Positions 60,165 through 64,000 of a stretch of 64,000 nt of DNA are shown piece after piece. The notes beneath the pieces were generated by a model. It saw only the letters and a program-made list of their open reading frames with translations. It did not search any database and was not told the origin of the DNA. A program made the translations under genes and the position numbers. Origin of the DNA: Mobula hypostoma (Eukaryota). The first letter of the stretch is position 1; every line of letters starts with the position of its first letter. The DNA lies in assembly GCF_963921235.1 (NCBI RefSeq), contig NW_026948142.1:124001-188000 (forward strand), written 5' to 3'.

Positions 60165-61070
60165 GTCTGTACCCAACTGAACTGGTGTCCATTGAGTCTG
60201 TACCCAACTGAACTGGTGTCCATTGAGTCTGTACCCAACTGAACTGGTGTCCATTGAGTGTGTACCCAACTGAACTGGTGTCCATTGAGTCTGTACCCAA
60301 CTGAACTGGTGTCCATTGAGTCTGTACCCAACTGAACTGGTGTCCATTGAGACTGAACCCAACTGAACTGGTGTCCATTGAGACTGTACCCAACTGAACT
60401 GGTGTCCATTGAGTCTGTACCCAACTGAACTGGTGTCCATTGAGTCTGTACCCAACTGAACTGGTGTCCATTCAGTCTGTACCCAACTGAACTGGTGTCC
60501 ATTCAGTCTGTACCCAACTGAACTGGTGTCCATTCAGTCTGTACCCAACTGAACTGGTGTCCATTGAGTCTGTACCCAACTGAACTGGTGTCCATTGAGT
60601 CTGTACCCAACTGAACTGGTGTCCATTGAGTCTGTACCCAACTGAACTGGTGTCCATTGAGTCTGTACCCAACTGAACTGGTGTCCATTGAGTCTGTACC
60701 CGACTGAACTGGTGTCCATTGAGTCTGTACCCGACTGAACTGGTGTCCATTCAGTCTGTACCCAACTGAACTGGTGTCCATTGAGTCTGTACCCAACTGA
60801 ACTGGTGTCCATTGAGTCTGTACCCAACTGAACTGGTGTCCATTGAGTGTGTACCCAACTGAACCGGTGTCCATTGAGATTGTGCCCTACTGAGTCGGTG
60901 TCCATTGAGACTGTACCCAGCTGAATCGGTGTCCATTGAGACTGTACCCAGCTGAACTGGTGTCCATTGAGATTGTGCCCTACTGAGTCGGTGTCCATTG
61001 AGACTGTACCCTACTGAGTCGGTGTCCATTGAAACTGTACCCAGCTGAATCGGTGTCCATTGAGACTGTG
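60165..61070 (+). repeat. 31-bp minisatellite GTCTGTACCCAACTGAACTGGTGTCCATTGA
   Basis: About 23 near-identical units to about 60877, then diverging units. Confidence 0.95.
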
Positions 61071-62900
61071 CCAGAGTCTGTATCTGCTGAATCTGTGCCC
61101 ATCGAAACTGTCCCACTGAGTCAGTACCCACTTAATCTGTGCCCACTGAGACTGTACGTGAGTCTGTACTCACTGAATCGAATCTGTGCCCATTGAGATG
61201 GTGTCCATTAATTCTGTACCCACTTAGACTGTGTGAGTCTGTACCCATTGAATCTGTGCCCAGTGAGAGTGTGCCTCTCCGTACCCACTGAGCCTGTTTG
61301 AGTCTGTACCCGCTGAGAGTGTGTCCATCGATTCTGTACCCACCAAGACTGTGCCCGAGTCTCTGACCATTGAGTCTATTCCCACTGAATATGTTCCCAT
61401 CAAGATCGTGCCTGAGTCTATAGCCACTAAGCCCATGCCCATCGATTCGGTACCCACCAAGACTGTACCCACTGAACCTGTGCCCATCATTTCTGCACCC
61501 ACTGAGACTGTGCCTGAGTCTGTAACCACCGAGTCGGTACCCATCGAAACTATACCCACTAAAACTGTGCCCACCAAGTCTGTGCTTACTGGGACTGTAC
61601 CCACTGTGCCTGTGCCCACTGAATCTGTACCCACTAAATCTGTGCCCATTGAGGCTGTGCTCTCTGAGACTGTACCCATCCATTCTGTACCCGCCAAGTT
61701 TTGCCAGCCGAATCTCTGCCCAAATCTACCCACTGAGCCTGTGCCCAAGTCTGTACCAATCAAGATTATGCCTGCCGACTCTTTACCTGCCAAGATTGTA
61801 CCCATTGAGACTGAACCACTAAATCTGTGCCCACCAAATCTGTACTCACTGAGATTGTGACTGCCATGTCTGTGCACACTGAGACTGGCCACTGAATCTG
61901 TACCCACCAAGACTGTACTGGCCGAATCAACGCTCCGAGTCTATTTTCACCAAGACAGTACCCACTGTTCCTATGCCCACTGAATCTGTACTTGCTGAGA
62001 CTGTGCCCAACAACACTACACCCACCAAGCCTATACCCACCCATCCTGTATCTGTCGGGTCTGTGTCCACTGTGTCTGTGCCCGCTGAGTCTGTGCTCAT
62101 CATGCCTGTGCCCCCTGAATGTGCACTTACTGAGACTGTACCTGAGTCTGTGCCCAGCATGACTGTACCCATTAATTCTGTCTGCCCAGTCTATACCCAC
62201 TGAGCCTGTGCCCACTGAGACTGTACCCATCGATTCTGTGCCTGTCCTGTCGGTAACCATTGAGTCTGCGTACCATGACTGTCCTACTGAATCTGTACTC
62301 ACCAAGACTGTACCCTCTGTGTTTGTACCCACTGAGACTATGCCTGAGTCTGTGACCAGCAAGACTGTCTGCCCAGACTACCCGTCAATTCAGTGCCCAC
62401 CTAGTGTGTACCCATCAAGTCTGTGCCATCAAGCCAGTGCCTGCCAAACCTATAGATGGTGAGACTGTACCCATCACACTGTACTACCGTGCCTGTGCCC
62501 ATTGCATCTGTATCCACCAAGACTATGCACAGTGAGACTGTAACTACCCAGTCTATACTCGCTGAGAATGTGACCAAGCCTGTACCTACTGAGCCTGTGT
62601 CCATCAAGTCTGTACCCATTGAGACTGTATCCACTAAATCTGAGCCGCCGCCCCCCCGAGTCTGTGCCTACTAAGACTGTACCCACCATGCCTATGCCCA
62701 CTGAGATGATGCTCACTGAATCTGTGCCTGCTGAGAATGTGCACAGTGACACTGTACCTACCAGGACGATACCCACCCATCCTGTATCTGCCGAGTCTGT
62801 GCCTGCTAACACTGTGCCAGTGACACTGCCCCTGCCAAGACAGTGCCCAGAAATTCTCTGCCAGCTGAGTTTGTACTTCAAGTCTGAGCCTGCACTGTAC
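61071..62900 (+). repeat. Degenerate 15-16-bp satellite (CTGTACCCACTGAGT-like)
   Basis: Recurrent CTGT(A/G)CCCA(C/T)TGA motif; produces spurious PTESV/VGTDS ORFs on both strands. Confidence 0.85.
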
Positions 62901-63154
62901 TCACCAATTATTTCTCACCATAAGTGCTGCCTGTCCTGCTGAATTCCTTCAGCATCTGCAGAATCTCTTATGTTAATTATCATCATTATTTTTTAAATAT
63001 TTTTTCTCAGTTCAAGTTGGTAAAACCTGAGCTGCAGGCTTAGCCAAGCACATTCATTTCTGCTGGAAAAACAGGACCTCCAGGGTAGTAATCTGTAGAT
63101 TACTGCCTGTGCCATGTGCTAGTGAGGGCAAGAATAGGATGATTTGAAAGATAG

Positions 63155-64000
63155 CATCTAACAATCGATTCCAACAACTTCCCAACCACTGATATCAGGC
63201 TAACAGGTCTATAGTTTCCTTTCTGCTGCCTCCCACCCTTCTTAAATAGCTGAGTAACATTTGCAGTTTTCCAGTCATCCAGTACAATGCCAGAATCTAT
63301 CAATTATTTAAAGGTCATTGTTAATGCCTCTGCAATCTCTCCAGCTACTTCCTTCAGAACCCAAGGGTGCATTCCATCAGGTCCAGGAGATTTATCCACC
63401 ATCAGATCATTAAGCTTCCTTAACACTTTCTCAGTTGTAATTTTCACTGCACAAACTTCACCTCCCTGAATGTCCGGTATACTTCCACTGTGAAGACTAA
63501 TGCAAAATACACATTCAAATTGACTCCTTCTACTTTAGGCCATGAACTTATCAATCACCCCTCGTACTTTGCCTCTGACTTCACTTGTCATTCATGGTAG
63601 TGTCCTTCTTCCCTTTGAAAATTTCTTCTTATGGGGAATATATCTGTCTTGCATTTCCCTCATTTTTCGCAGGAACTCCAGCCATTGCTGCTCTGCTGTC
63701 TTTCCCGCAAATGTCCCTTTCCAGTCAACTTCGGCCAGTTCCCTCTCATGCCATTGTAATTTCCTTTATTCCACTGAAATAGCGACACATTGGATTTTAC
63801 TTTTTCCCTCTCAAATTTCAATGTGAACTTGATCATATTGTGATCACTGTTCCCTAAGGGTTCCTTAACCTTAAGCTCTCTTATCACCTCCAGATCATTG
63901 CGCAACACCCAATCCAGCACAGCCAATCCCCTAGTGGGCTCAACAACAAGCTGTTCTAAAAAGCCATCCCTTAGACATTCCACAAATTCTCTCTTGAGGT
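63155..64000 (-). mobile_element. CR1 LINE fragment, runs off the window
   Basis: NYRPVSLISV, LRDGFLEQ, SDHNMI on minus. Confidence 0.85.

Noticed and set aside
60165..60877. 31-bp repeats as a CRISPR array
   Set aside because: Head-to-tail units with no spacers, in a eukaryotic context, with no cas genes.
60093..62942. Many repetitive ORFs (MDTSSVGYRLNGHQFSW, PTESV), mucin-like
   Set aside because: They occur in multiple frames on both strands and are translations of satellite DNA.

Overview
Eukaryotic (vertebrate) genomic DNA dominated by nested, mostly decayed retrotransposons (CR1, L1, Rex1/Babar, RTE, solo LTRs, a tRNA-SINE, Penelope-type short repeats) plus one Tc1/pogo-like DNA transposon and several minisatellites. 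The repeat mix suggests a cartilaginous fish such as a ray (inference only). Almost every ORF in the supplied track is a transposon fragment or a repeat artefact. Hidden among them is one real host gene on the + strand that the track largely misses. Five GT-AG exons (18435-18442, 28706-28854, 38548-38736, 55522-55583, 59876-59929) splice in frame, without stops, into the first 154 aa of a type-2 malate/L-lactate dehydrogenase (Ldh_2; AllD/YbiC/ComC-like) oxidoreductase. It lies downstream of a CpG-rich putative promoter with a palindromic E2F site overlapping the ATG, and the rest of the gene lies beyond the window. Other notable signals: hammerhead-ribozyme-bearing Penelope-type repeats (two long palindromes, and one copy ending at the predicted self-cleavage site), a 150-bp templated insertion apparently copied from 34 kb away, five-level transposon nesting, and a 31-bp minisatellite emerging from a degenerate 15-16-bp satellite.
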